Below, piece after piece: positions 40,441-50,899 of a DNA stretch of 64,000 nt. The stretch is from a virus. Position 1 is the stretch's first letter, and the number at the start of each line of letters is the position of its first letter. Under the pieces are notes generated by a model. It was not told the DNA's origin, searched no databases, and saw nothing but the letters and a program-made list of their open reading frames with translations. The stretch spans positions 12,039-76,038 of IMG/VR virus record IMGVR_UViG_3300031555_005897. One strand, 5' to 3'. A program made the translations under genes and the position numbers.

Positions 40441-40962
40441 TTATTTATGATAACCTAATGGTAGATTGAGCTTTTCCTTTCCAATAATGATCGTTCTAGA
40501 GAACGTATTCTCGTGGATAAGCTTTAATCCAAGAGCCATAGGATCACGCGCTTCTTCCTTGAAAAAGAGAATGGGTTGCAACGGGGTTGTATACGTAACA
40601 AGAGGTAGCGCGTAAGTAGAAGGATGAAATCCAGACAGTGATCCCAGAAAATAATGATTACCATTATGACCATCGGCTCTCCAGAATTCAATCTGGTAAA
40701 TCGTAGATTCACCCCTGTGGGTTATGGAATATCCATCACAATAAAAGAATGGGTGTTTCAGTTCACGATCGAGATGTGTGGTGAAATCGCTTTTATTGCA
40801 AAAACCCATTGTGCGATATTTCTCACCATCTACAACCACTCTGATATAGTAATAACGTTTTTGTCTGCCCATAGATTGGTCACTCCTTTCGAAAGAATGA
40901 TATATGGGTTGGTTAAAAGCAGCATAGGCAATTAGCCTATGCTGCATAAAAGTTTTAATCAA
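40441..40962 (-). CDS. Hypothetical protein
   Basis: ORF directly after the RNAP subunit; start uncertain. Confidence 0.5.
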   Translation of the reverse strand: MIKTFMQHRLIAYAAFNQPIYHSFERSDQSMGRQKRYYYIRVVVDGEKYRTMGFCNKSDFTTHLDRELKHPFFYCDGYSITHRGESTIYQIEFWRADGHNGNHYFLGSLSGFHPSTYALPLVTYTTPLQPILFFKEEARDPMALGLKLIHENTFSRTIIIGKEKLNLPLGYHK

Positions 40963-42181
40963 TGAGAAGTTTATTGGGATCCACCTGGGTCAAATTGACC
41001 TTAGTAGAGTGGAAGCTCTTCAGAGATGCATTCATGATAGAGTTGGGCATACGTCCAGCCGTCAAACCAACGTTACGGATATTCAAACGGTAGAAACGTT
41101 CACCCATGCACTTACTACAGAGCTTATGACCAAGGCATCCGATTGGGGACCGAAGCTTCACCGCAGTATTGATAAACTGCTTTCGGTTATCATCGGTCAT
41201 CAGGACCAACTTGCCATTTACCACCGCATACTGATACATATAGTCTGCATAGTTTGCATCAGTAATAAAGGCTGGCTGATATCCCTTAGAACCGCAATCA
41301 GTTCCGGGTTCATCCATGGAGATACTCTGATAAACAGCATAGAACTGCTTAGTCAAATAGCCACCTTCAGCAGTACCAACTGCACGGGGATATGCTGCGT
41401 TAACGACGGTATTTGCTAGTGCAGGAAGATCCTTACGTTCAACACCATCAATCAAGTTATTCTTCACGATGTCATATTTGCCAGTAGCAGGATTCTTGAC
41501 GGGACCTGCCATGATAGACATCATCTTGTAGTTATCATCGAAAGAGCCACGAGAACCAGAATCAAAGAGGGTCATACCAGGATCACCCTTTAGCATCTTC
41601 TGCGCCTCGGCAGTCAACTGATCTTCGATCTTAACGGCTTCATTCAGATTCGGATTATCATCATACTTTGCGAAAAGCTCATCACGACGCTCGCGAATCT
41701 TATCCTGAACTGAAAAGATACCGGGAGTGAAAGACGGGGAAGTTGCAGAGCAAAGCATCAGACCATAGAATTCGAAAGCCTGAATGAACTTAACTACATT
41801 GGGATTGATTGGAAGTTTATTCTCCATCAAAGCCATAGAGATCTTATCAATCAATTTACCAAAGCTCTTCTTGGTAATAACTTCGTTATAGTAATGACCG
41901 TCAACTACGGAATCGACGTAGCCTTCAATCATCAATTTATTGACCAGGAAAGAACCAAGGGTGGTCTCAACATCTTCAGTGTTGATGTACTCACCAGCTT
42001 TCAAGAAAAGCTTTGCCTGAAGATTCCACTCAGGCTCCTTTACCTTGAAAGTTTTCTTTCCATTTTCATCGGTTTCAATCTTAGTAGTTTTGGAAATCTT
42101 GGATACGAGAAAAGGAACGGTCAAATCAGACCGCTTCAATTTCAAAAGTTCAGCTTTCAGAGCTGCACTTACAGTAGCCAT
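40955..42181 (-). CDS. Phage RNA polymerase beta-prime C-terminal subunit (probably virion RNAP)
   Basis: SGSRG; bridge helix AVGTAEGGYLTKQ; DCG; LRSPIGC...CSKCMG; trigger-loop-like SLKSFH; late motif at 42215-42226. Confidence 0.85.
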   Translation of the reverse strand: MATVSAALKAELLKLKRSDLTVPFLVSKISKTTKIETDENGKKTFKVKEPEWNLQAKLFLKAGEYINTEDVETTLGSFLVNKLMIEGYVDSVVDGHYYNEVITKKSFGKLIDKISMALMENKLPINPNVVKFIQAFEFYGLMLCSATSPSFTPGIFSVQDKIRERRDELFAKYDDNPNLNEAVKIEDQLTAEAQKMLKGDPGMTLFDSGSRGSFDDNYKMMSIMAGPVKNPATGKYDIVKNNLIDGVERKDLPALANTVVNAAYPRAVGTAEGGYLTKQFYAVYQSISMDEPGTDCGSKGYQPAFITDANYADYMYQYAVVNGKLVLMTDDNRKQFINTAVKLRSPIGCLGHKLCSKCMGERFYRLNIRNVGLTAGRMPNSIMNASLKSFHSTKVNLTQVDPNKLLID

Positions 42182-42292
42182 ACTTACACACCAACTTTCA
42201 TTGGGTATTCTAGATTAAGGGGCTGTTAAATCTCGTAAAACCTTGACCCTCATCTATATATCATACTTGTAGAGAAAGGTGGTGCTTTACAA

Positions 42293-43318
42293 ATGAATGT
42301 CTCCGATAAAGATGCATTAAACCAAATTCGTAACCTATTCACAGAACTTCGTGTATTCAGATCTAATAGGCACATATATGGTGGCTGCGTCCAACGAATT
42401 CCTGGCGCTTGGGGTGGTGATTGGAAAGCTGATTATAACACTAGGGTGATTATTTTAGTCAGCTGCAGCGAACTCAATGGTGGTTTCAAAATAATGGATG
42501 CCGTCACATTCATTAATGATTCTACATATCGTGCACATAGGCGTGTGCTTTCGAGCATGGTAACCGATGTGTTTATTGCGCATCTTCAAAGTATCGTCGC
42601 TGGGTCTAGAAGGAGATTTAATAAGGAGTTTGCTAGAAATCAGATAGTAGCAATGCGAACCGATTTTATCAATGGTGATGAAACCATATACAATTCATTT
42701 ATGAATTACGTATTTCCATTAAAGATAGGACCTGAACACTGTTTTGATACTAAACATATCGTTGATAAAACTATTGAATTCTTTGACATTCCTACTGGAA
42801 ATGATACCATAAACGTTAAATGGGTCAATACCACTACTCTTCCACCAGCTCCTAAACCTAAGCCCAAAAGTAACCCTAAAAGCAAGAAATTCGAACAGGT
42901 TAAGCCAGACACTCCAAAGGACTTATCGATGTATTATGTGCCACCAGAAGATTATTATAAAAGCAAGCGATATCATCACTACGCATCCAATGCATGGAAA
43001 TATCTGTTCAAACCTAATCCATCATCGATCCATCCATATATCGAGTTCGTAGATCGTGAGGATAATGATATAATTTACACCGATATCGAAGTAACGGTTT
43101 ATATTCTACAGGCTCCAACCTGCTGTAAATCTGCGATTGAAGCATACCGGAAATTCATACGACCAGAGTATCATAGTTTAATTGATGATGTGTCAAAAGA
43201 CATTATTGATTCTTCTAGATTTAAGAAACTCAAGATTCCATTCAATTTCTTTAAGGTAACAGATGTTATCGTTATCTCAGATTATCGCTTGAATATCAAG
43301 TTCTCTCTCCGGGTGTGA
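42293..43318 (+). CDS. Hypothetical early protein with Pro/Lys linker
   Basis: Early motif at 42257-42264; RBS aaaggtgg; AT-rich. Confidence 0.65.
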   Translation: MNVSDKDALNQIRNLFTELRVFRSNRHIYGGCVQRIPGAWGGDWKADYNTRVIILVSCSELNGGFKIMDAVTFINDSTYRAHRRVLSSMVTDVFIAHLQSIVAGSRRRFNKEFARNQIVAMRTDFINGDETIYNSFMNYVFPLKIGPEHCFDTKHIVDKTIEFFDIPTGNDTINVKWVNTTTLPPAPKPKPKSNPKSKKFEQVKPDTPKDLSMYYVPPEDYYKSKRYHHYASNAWKYLFKPNPSSIHPYIEFVDREDNDIIYTDIEVTVYILQAPTCCKSAIEAYRKFIRPEYHSLIDDVSKDIIDSSRFKKLKIPFNFFKVTDVIVISDYRLNIKFSLRV

Positions 43319-43467
43319 TTGAAGGGTACCGATCAATTTAGATCGGTACCCTAATTATATTTTCTTTTTTGCCGTAAAACCTCGTTACCGATTCATATAT
43401 TATTTATATGAATAGAAGATGAAACTCCCGCATCTTCACAAAACTTAGAAAGAAAGAGGTTTTACGT

Positions 43468-43827
43468 ATGACAAAGAAAACCGCTAAGATTACCAAGTAC
43501 ACCGAGATCCATCCCGCATTCTCTAAGATCGTCACTGAAGACATCAACCCGTTCATGACCGACGTGAACCGCTCCGACGTTTTCACCATGGCTATGGTGC
43601 TGTGCGATATCCAGATGCAGTTGAGTGCCCATGCCATGAACCGCGACAACGCGCCCTTCTCCGAGTACGACGTTGACGATTATGTCATCCGCACTCAGCT
43701 CATGCCCAGCCCCGAATGCATCCAGCTGACCCAGAAGATGGTCGATTGCGTTCTCAGCTGCGCGTCTGCTGAGTTGCAGAATAAGGTGGCATACATGTTC
43801 TACGTCGTCATCAGCGCCCATATCTAA
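43468..43827 (+). CDS. Hypothetical early protein
   Basis: Early motif at 43396-43403; RBS agagg. Confidence 0.7.
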   Translation: MTKKTAKITKYTEIHPAFSKIVTEDINPFMTDVNRSDVFTMAMVLCDIQMQLSAHAMNRDNAPFSEYDVDDYVIRTQLMPSPECIQLTQKMVDCVLSCASAELQNKVAYMFYVVISAHI

Positions 43828-43858
43828 CTCTACATAAATAAAATTGGAGGCTTCTAAA

Positions 43859-44239
43859 ATGTGTAATGTAAAAATTGATACCGCGATCGTTGAGGCTGCC
43901 TTCGCTCGCAGACTTAATATGATGGTGGAACGAATCAAGCAGCAGGGTGGCGTTCATGACGGCCATGGCGGTAAGGACTTCATGCCCGATTATATCATCA
44001 TGCTGGCCAGTGGTGAAATCTGCCCTATTTTCAAAGGCACCGTGCAGTGCACCAACCCTCTCCACATTCAGCGCGATGGCGTGTGGCTATCCGCGGCTTC
44101 TGTTGCCGGCCCCAACGTTGACTGGCGTAACGTCAGTATGACTATCGATCAGGTTATTACCAACGCTCATCGCGAGTTCCAGGAGTCCATCGATAAGTAT
44201 GGCACGTCTCCCATCGTTGGTTGGGCCCAGGTAAGATAA
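43859..44239 (+). CDS. Hypothetical protein
   Basis: RBS ggagg before ATG 43859. Confidence 0.7.
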   Translation: MCNVKIDTAIVEAAFARRLNMMVERIKQQGGVHDGHGGKDFMPDYIIMLASGEICPIFKGTVQCTNPLHIQRDGVWLSAASVAGPNVDWRNVSMTIDQVITNAHREFQESIDKYGTSPIVGWAQVR

Positions 44240-44315
44240 CTCACGTATAAGACAGGTATCGGATTCGTTCCGATACCTGTCTTAATCATACGATGAATTG
44301 TGGTTTATTTTTTGC

Positions 44316-44585
44316 TTAGTCTTCGACGACGCACATAATGTCTTCCTGGTTGACGATAATCATCTCATTATCATCGACCTTGATAGGAGATCCGGCATAC
44401 TTTGCAGTAATGACCCGATCACCAATCTTCAGACCAGCGCAGTCAGGACCAATTTCCAGAATCTCAGCGATGGTGGGGCGATCCTTGGAAGCTGAAGTCA
44501 GAATGATACCACCTTTAGTCACATCATCATTCTCAATCATCTTGATGAGAACTCTGCTACCCAGAGGCTTAATAGTCATGCTCAT
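44316..44585 (-). CDS. groES: Co-chaperonin GroES
   Basis: IKPLGSRVLIK, TKGGIIL mobile loop, LKIGDRV..KYAG, DIM. Confidence 0.92.
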   Translation of the reverse strand: MSMTIKPLGSRVLIKMIENDDVTKGGIILTSASKDRPTIAEILEIGPDCAGLKIGDRVITAKYAGSPIKVDDNEMIIVNQEDIMCVVED

Positions 44586-44699
44586 ATAGATTACCCTCCT
44601 TATAGAAATGAGCTCTATCTAGATGTTAACTATGCAATTAAAAAGACTACTACCCGAAGGTAGTAGTCTTGAATTTGCCGGATTTTACGCACCTAATCC

Positions 44700-45554
44700 T
44701 TAGATCATCGCGTAAACGCGATAATAGTAGGAAATAGTCTTGCGCTCAGCAAGGGCCTCGTTATTGATGTTGACCACAGAGAACAGAGACACGTTCACAT
44801 AGTCGACGCGGTCACCAATGGTAACCTTCTCACCAACGAACAGGCCGATGCTGTTGAAGCGGGCCATAGACAGCATACCCATAGCCTCGAAGTAGCTGCG
44901 GACGTCAGCGTCAGTCAGAACCAGCTTGAACTGGGCCAACGCCTCGACGCCGTTCTCGGACTCAGAGTCAGAGATATCAGCAGTGATCTCGGTACCGTCT
45001 TCGTTCTCAGCAGGGGCATCCTTCCACAGAGACATGATCTTGGGAGTGGTATCAAACTCCTTCAGATACCAGCAATTCAGAGCGGTACCATCGGGAGTGG
45101 AGACGGTAGTACGCATCATGTACTTATCGGCTTCAGTGCCAGTCAGCTCGTTGGCAGAAACCATCATAGGAACCAGTTCCATGATGTTATTCTGCTTCAC
45201 GTCAGGATCATACACATTACCGAAGTCCATACCGGCGCCGCCGATACCACAACCAAACAGGGCGATGGGAGTGGAATGGATATGGTACTCATAACCGGGG
45301 TTCAGGTTCAGAATAGAGTTCAGAGTATTGGGACGGAAAGAAGCCTCGACACCGGTCAGGCGCTCCAGGGCAGCAATAGCACCACCCAGAACGACGGTAT
45401 TCTCAGCAACCTTGGTAAATACAGGACGACCATAAGCATCCAGGCCGTCATCACGATACAGGACACCACGAGCCAACTTGGAGGTCTGGCCCTTCTTAGG
45501 CATCATCTTATCCATCGGGATCATCGCATCCCGAAGCATACGAGTTTCACTCAT
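44700..45554 (-). CDS. Probable baseplate/tail structural protein
   Basis: Late motif at 45597-45608; EN-VV-GG and GIGG motifs; strong codon bias. Confidence 0.6.
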   Translation of the reverse strand: MSETRMLRDAMIPMDKMMPKKGQTSKLARGVLYRDDGLDAYGRPVFTKVAENTVVLGGAIAALERLTGVEASFRPNTLNSILNLNPGYEYHIHSTPIALFGCGIGGAGMDFGNVYDPDVKQNNIMELVPMMVSANELTGTEADKYMMRTTVSTPDGTALNCWYLKEFDTTPKIMSLWKDAPAENEDGTEITADISDSESENGVEALAQFKLVLTDADVRSYFEAMGMLSMARFNSIGLFVGEKVTIGDRVDYVNVSLFSVVNINNEALAERKTISYYYRVYAMI

Positions 45555-45618
45555 TTTACGTAAGCCTCCTTGATGAAGGAATTATATCTTTTACGATTAT
45601 GATGGTGTTTTAGGGCTT

Positions 45619-48600
45619 TTATTCAGTATCTACTGGAAGTTTGGAGTAAAGCGATCCACCTTCAATTGTGAAGAGGTCACTTCCATCGGCAGCATACAGA
45701 GATGCAGCATCGGGATAGCTCTCACTAATCTTAATGAGACTATCTTTGAGGAAGATAGCATCATAGATTGCAGATTCACCGACGACGACTCTCTCGAATC
45801 CATCTTTCACTACTGAAAGATTGCTAATCATGGCATCACTGATCTCATAACGACCATTTTTAGCCATCATGATCAACTTGGTTAGAACTTTGATAAAGCT
45901 TTCGCCAGGTTTAACCGTGGTATCCCATTCCATTGCAGCATTGACATCTTTAGCCGCTAAATCGGTCTGAGTCTTTTCAATCAATGGAAGGATTTCACGC
46001 TGATACACATGAACCAATTCGCTATGGAGCCAATCGAAGAGATACTCAAAAGCAGAGCTTCCGTACATCTCGGAATGCTGATATGCATCATCGGTGAGTT
46101 TCTCAAAGATAGATGCAATTGTCTGGACCACATGCATTGCATGGTCTTTATCAACCAACGACAATCGTTCCAGGAAATACTGAACGATGAAAGTTGCCCA
46201 AGGCTGACCAGTATCACCAAGATAGAATTCTTCGCGATTGACCTTCCAGGGCAGATGTGTGACATTCTGCTCCCAAAGTTCAGAGATGAACTTGATGTAG
46301 TTCATGCCACGATCGGTAATCATATAAATGATTTGGAACTCGGTCAGATCAACCTTGGCAGACTTCAAGAAATTCAGAATCTTGAAGAGGTATTCTACGA
46401 TTCTCTTGATATTGGAAGTATTGGCACTTTCCAGAAGCTCAAGATCGTCACAGAGTTTCATCAGTGTCTGGATGACATACTGCTCTTCGGTAAGAGTATC
46501 GATATCATCATTGATCAAACGAGCGTACAGCTGAGGATTGATATCCAGCAGCAAATCAGCGTATGTAGACGCAATCGTACCATTACGCTTTGTGAAGGTC
46601 TCATCCATCAGGTGAGTAGTCATGAGAATCTTACGCAGATTTGCGAAAGCCTCATAATCTACCTTGCTAACAGAGGTTCGAATACGATATGTAATGTACT
46701 CATCCAGTTCAACCATATTCTCATAAAGACGATCGATGTCATCAACGCTATCGATATTCATATTACCGATTAGCTCCATGACATGAGGGTCAAAGGTCAG
46801 AGCTGTACGAGCATCCAGAAGTCGGATCATCCAAGAAAGCATCTGCTCGTAAGAAGCGATGATAGCCTTGCGCAGAACTTTCAAATCCTCTTCATTGTAA
46901 TCAACGCTCTTAACCACGAAGGTTTCGTATACCTGAGGTCCCATAGAAGGATCGGACAGAACGTTGAATTCGAAGTTATCATGAGTAACCAGAGTTGCAT
47001 AGAGCTGCATCAGCTCATATTCCGTCAACTCGGGATTTTCCTGAAGTACAGTGATGGTATCCCGTAGATACTGCTTAACGGCATCTACTGTATTCTCAGT
47101 AGGCCAGTAGTCATGCAGAAATATGGGAGGAGGCGCATAGCCCCACTCTCCATACGGGAAATCATTACCCAAATAGTTAAATGCACCATCTGTGATGTGG
47201 TCAATCATCCAGAAGAGTGTATCGTCAACAGCCAAGATTGGGTTAGCCTGAGCATATTCAGTACACACTCTCTTGAAATTTAGCACGAAATCATTCATGC
47301 TATCAACGCCCATCTTCATCAGACGGTTATATTCTTTGAAGTTGAATCCATAGACTGCAGCGACAGATGCTGGATCTGCGGGAATCTCACCAGTATATCC
47401 AGCATTCTTACAAAGCAGCGCAATCGCATAGATGACCATATCGAAGATCGGGTAATCCTCTCCAGTCATCATATAGTAGGTAGTCAACTTACTTAGTTCA
47501 TTTCGATTATCCTGAAGCATTCTCAGGAAATAGCAAGTCTCAAACATGAGCTTGCTTAGATCGAACATGATCTGCACACCCATATACTTGGAGTTGAAGT
47601 AATTCCAATCACTCTCAAAGAGCTTCTTTTTCAGGTCTTCATCTTCAACCCAATATGGATCAACAGTTGTCAGTTTATCATACTCAACGGCGTTGTCGGG
47701 ATTGGTAAGCTCAACGAACTTATCTTCCTTCCAAGCAACCTTAGCAAAACGGATATTCCACATATCTTCAGCACTCAATGGCTTACCGTCAGCATCTCTG
47801 AAGATGGGGTTACCGTCTTCGTCAGTCTTACGCTCTTTAACCAGATAATACTCGAAAGCATCCATCCGGCCAAAGTCGAAAAGCTCAAAAAGATCATAGA
47901 ATACCTGGGTAGAACCCTTGTAACTAATCAACTCATTCAAGCGCTTGACGATTTTGCTATGATACTTCAAAGGAATGGAAGAGTAGAACGGCATACCATA
48001 TGCATCATAAAGCAGTTTCAAAGACTCGAGATCATAAAAATCTCGGGTAATATCTGCTTCCAGATACTTAGCATAAAGCCGCTGCTGAGTAATGAAAAGA
48101 ATGCACAAACCGAGGAAACCCTCATACAAATGAGACTTATTTCGGTACGCATCCGTGTAATAGACTCGTAGCACCATACGACGAGCCTGTTCATACATAT
48201 CAATGAAGTCATTGCGGAGATATGTATAAGTGGACTGCTGAATATACAGCAGCTCGTAAGGTTCAGCCTGTCTGGAAATGTATGGATAGATACGATACTT
48301 GCCGAGATGCTTCAGGTAAAGATCATCTTTGTGAGTATCCTGTGCTAGCAACTCATCAAAGAAACCTCTATTCTCCAATTTCAATCTTTCCGTATAAGGA
48401 AGAAGATGAACTGGAGTTTCCATATCAATGTCGGCGTATCGATCATTATAGACAAAATCACTCTCTGGAGTATTCAGTGGAGGCAAACCATATAGCATAC
48501 GATAGTATGCGTTAGGCTCAGCTCCTTTATTCTCCCAATTATCGATAACGAAAGCTGCTTCGGCAGCGACAATGGCGTCTCTCATCTCTTCAGGAATCAT

Positions 48601-48864
48601 CTTCTTATCCAAAAGAACGATGGCTAATTCATCGGAATTGGGAAAGAATGCCTGAAGCACTTGCTCATGGAATTGAAGAACCGATGTAAATCGAAGTTCC
48701 CCATTTCGAGCCGCAACATAAGTTTCCACATCAATACGGATATTATCAGGCTCGTTAGTATTTGCATAGAATGGATCTTTCCAAATCAAATGAAGAGAAA
48801 GCGCCATCAATTCATTCAGAAACGCCTTAGCAGAGACATCGGGATTTGCCATAGAATATGTCAC
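45619..48864 (-). CDS. Large virion protein, probable baseplate wedge component
   Basis: 1081 aa; LISYKGS motif typical of wedge proteins; late motif at 48885-48896. Confidence 0.55.
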   Translation of the reverse strand: MTYSMANPDVSAKAFLNELMALSLHLIWKDPFYANTNEPDNIRIDVETYVAARNGELRFTSVLQFHEQVLQAFFPNSDELAIVLLDKKMIPEEMRDAIVAAEAAFVIDNWENKGAEPNAYYRMLYGLPPLNTPESDFVYNDRYADIDMETPVHLLPYTERLKLENRGFFDELLAQDTHKDDLYLKHLGKYRIYPYISRQAEPYELLYIQQSTYTYLRNDFIDMYEQARRMVLRVYYTDAYRNKSHLYEGFLGLCILFITQQRLYAKYLEADITRDFYDLESLKLLYDAYGMPFYSSIPLKYHSKIVKRLNELISYKGSTQVFYDLFELFDFGRMDAFEYYLVKERKTDEDGNPIFRDADGKPLSAEDMWNIRFAKVAWKEDKFVELTNPDNAVEYDKLTTVDPYWVEDEDLKKKLFESDWNYFNSKYMGVQIMFDLSKLMFETCYFLRMLQDNRNELSKLTTYYMMTGEDYPIFDMVIYAIALLCKNAGYTGEIPADPASVAAVYGFNFKEYNRLMKMGVDSMNDFVLNFKRVCTEYAQANPILAVDDTLFWMIDHITDGAFNYLGNDFPYGEWGYAPPPIFLHDYWPTENTVDAVKQYLRDTITVLQENPELTEYELMQLYATLVTHDNFEFNVLSDPSMGPQVYETFVVKSVDYNEEDLKVLRKAIIASYEQMLSWMIRLLDARTALTFDPHVMELIGNMNIDSVDDIDRLYENMVELDEYITYRIRTSVSKVDYEAFANLRKILMTTHLMDETFTKRNGTIASTYADLLLDINPQLYARLINDDIDTLTEEQYVIQTLMKLCDDLELLESANTSNIKRIVEYLFKILNFLKSAKVDLTEFQIIYMITDRGMNYIKFISELWEQNVTHLPWKVNREEFYLGDTGQPWATFIVQYFLERLSLVDKDHAMHVVQTIASIFEKLTDDAYQHSEMYGSSAFEYLFDWLHSELVHVYQREILPLIEKTQTDLAAKDVNAAMEWDTTVKPGESFIKVLTKLIMMAKNGRYEISDAMISNLSVVKDGFERVVVGESAIYDAIFLKDSLIKISESYPDAASLYAADGSDLFTIEGGSLYSKLPVDTE

Positions 48865-48983
48865 CCTTTCTGAACGTTGTGACGTTATGGAGGTGTTTTA
48901 GGGCCCTAGATTTACGGAATCGACGAATTTGGAAATTTCATCACAATCAAGCAAGATAAACTTGTGAGAGGAGAATAGCCATT

Positions 48984-49289
48984 ATGTTTCAATACAAACC
49001 CTTTTATGGGACATTAATGAATGCAAGATACGCAGCCTGGTTCAATAGCGATGTCTTGATTAAAATGGATAATGGCGATATCTACCGTATTTTGATGGCA
49101 CCACAAGGATTCCGTAATGTGAACATTATTTCACCGGAAGAGCTTCAATCTACTCAATTTCATGCGATCCGTACACATCACATGTACTCTGAAAATGATA
49201 CAGTTGTTATGACCTATTTCTATGAAGACAGCGGCGCGATCGCATTTCAGGTAGACGATAAAGATTTCACGCGAGTATCCGTATTTTAA
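48984..49289 (+). CDS. Hypothetical protein
   Basis: RBS gaggag. Confidence 0.65.
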   Translation: MFQYKPFYGTLMNARYAAWFNSDVLIKMDNGDIYRILMAPQGFRNVNIISPEELQSTQFHAIRTHHMYSENDTVVMTYFYEDSGAIAFQVDDKDFTRVSVF

Positions 49290-49309
49290 CACCATCTATC
49301 CAAATATCA

Positions 49310-49565
49310 TTAACATGATGATACATAAATGAAAGAGAAAGACCCTTGCTGCATATTTACTAGAGATATCTGTATCATCGGGCTATACACGTAAAGATAA
49401 AGATCCTATAGCTTGCAGCACGCTGGGACCCGAGACACAAAAGAGCAGTACAAAAGAAAATTGTGTCTTGCGCGCAATCTCCAACGGGATGGAACTACGA
49501 ATCTTTATCTTTACGTGTAATAGACATTCCGCGGCCGAAAGGCCGCACTCACCTATCTTTTTTGT
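49310..49565 (+). ncRNA. Candidate structured small RNA
   Basis: Perfect 19-bp stem 49386-49404/49501-49519; GAAA tetraloop hairpin; T tract; early-like motif at 49302-49309. Confidence 0.5.
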
Positions 49566-49644
49566 ATGAAATGGCTCTATATGGGCTAAAACATCTTTGT
49601 AACGCATTAACGCTGGGGCTTAAAGGAAAGGATGTGACATATTT

Positions 49645-50346
49645 ATGTCATATATCGCTGGTTACAGCGGGCTTTACAGACAGCCTTATGCTAATACGGG
49701 CACATACGGAGATACTATCTTCGCAATCACTGATGAACGGCATCAGGAACTCAATCTCATCATCCTAACTCCGGGATGTTACAAAGATGCGTTTAGAATC
49801 GCATCTTCAATCACGTATCAGCGTGTGAATATTTTCGTTCCTTCTATGGACGTTCTTTTTATCTCGGATATCTTCCGTTTGGTTATGGATCTTCATAAGA
49901 TCAAAAAGACTGTACGATGGCATTATCCCGAGAAAATTACCACAACTCCAGCCAATGTGTTATTCGAGATGGATCAGATGACTGGCAATTACTTCGTAAG
50001 TAACGCCATTCCTAATCTGACGATCGAATTTAAGCTGAGTGATAAGCGGGACCCGAATCACCGCTATTACGACATCTATGTCTGTGATGATGACAGTTAT
50101 ATCGCATTTTGCATGTATATGGATGCGGAGAAGCTGACACATATGATGACATCCGCAGACAACTACGACCAGATTCATATTTCATATAACTGCGTTTTCT
50201 ATGGTGGACTAACCTGTCGAGAATGTGCATCTCTTAATCCGAGATGGACGAATCGGCTGGTTCCTAACAACTTCAATTGTCGGGAAGAATTCGCAGAAGC
50301 GTATGAAAGCCAGAAGTATGGTTTACCAAAACGATTTATTTTCTGA
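49645..50346 (+). CDS. Hypothetical protein
   Basis: RBS aaagga; late motif at 49591-49602. Confidence 0.65.
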   Translation: MSYIAGYSGLYRQPYANTGTYGDTIFAITDERHQELNLIILTPGCYKDAFRIASSITYQRVNIFVPSMDVLFISDIFRLVMDLHKIKKTVRWHYPEKITTTPANVLFEMDQMTGNYFVSNAIPNLTIEFKLSDKRDPNHRYYDIYVCDDDSYIAFCMYMDAEKLTHMMTSADNYDQIHISYNCVFYGGLTCRECASLNPRWTNRLVPNNFNCREEFAEAYESQKYGLPKRFIF

Positions 50347-50383
50347 TCAAAAGCTAGGAAGCGTAATGCTTCCTAGCTTTTAT

Positions 50384-50899
50384 TTATATAGAAATATGAA
50401 CCCACGTTATAGTATATGAAATATTGGCCTGATACGCCCACGTTCGGGAGCTACTTGACGCACCCGATAATCGGGATGGATCGATATGGAGCATCAATCT
50501 TACCTTTGATGCATCCGATGGCATTAATAGAAATGATGCAAATGACGTAGTTATAACGCCATCATTAGTTAACGCTGGAGAATTTACTATAGAGTTAATG
50601 ATGACACCACTATTATCTATGTATACATAGCAATTTGCATAATTATAGTTAGACGAGTCATCGGCGTTCAATGTAAATGAAACTGGATTTACATCGATTT
50701 TGCATGCAAGTGATGTTAATGGCATCTCTGTAAAAATATGAATATCATCATCCCGCGTTTCTGCATTGCTGCCGCCAGATTTATGAATATAAAATGCTGT
50801 CGTTTGATTACCCAGCCCTGTGTACGAAACTGAATTTTTCTGTATTGTATTTGCACTACTTGGTATAGATGGAATATACGACATTAACGCATTGCCCAT
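50384..50899 (-). CDS. Small protein, 'MADA' cassette family
   Basis: Starts MGNALM; hairpin 50910-50939 10 nt upstream; GCA-N6-TAA at 50976-50987 right after a terminator. Confidence 0.6.
   Translation of the reverse strand: MGNALMSYIPSIPSSANTIQKNSVSYTGLGNQTTAFYIHKSGGSNAETRDDDIHIFTEMPLTSLACKIDVNPVSFTLNADDSSNYNYANCYVYIDNSGVIINSIVNSPALTNDGVITTSFASFLLMPSDASKVRLMLHIDPSRLSGASSSSRTWAYQANISYTITWVHISI

Noticed and set aside
49645..50346. Possible metallo-beta-lactamase-fold protein
   Set aside because: Only a vague N-terminal resemblance; no HxHxDH motif
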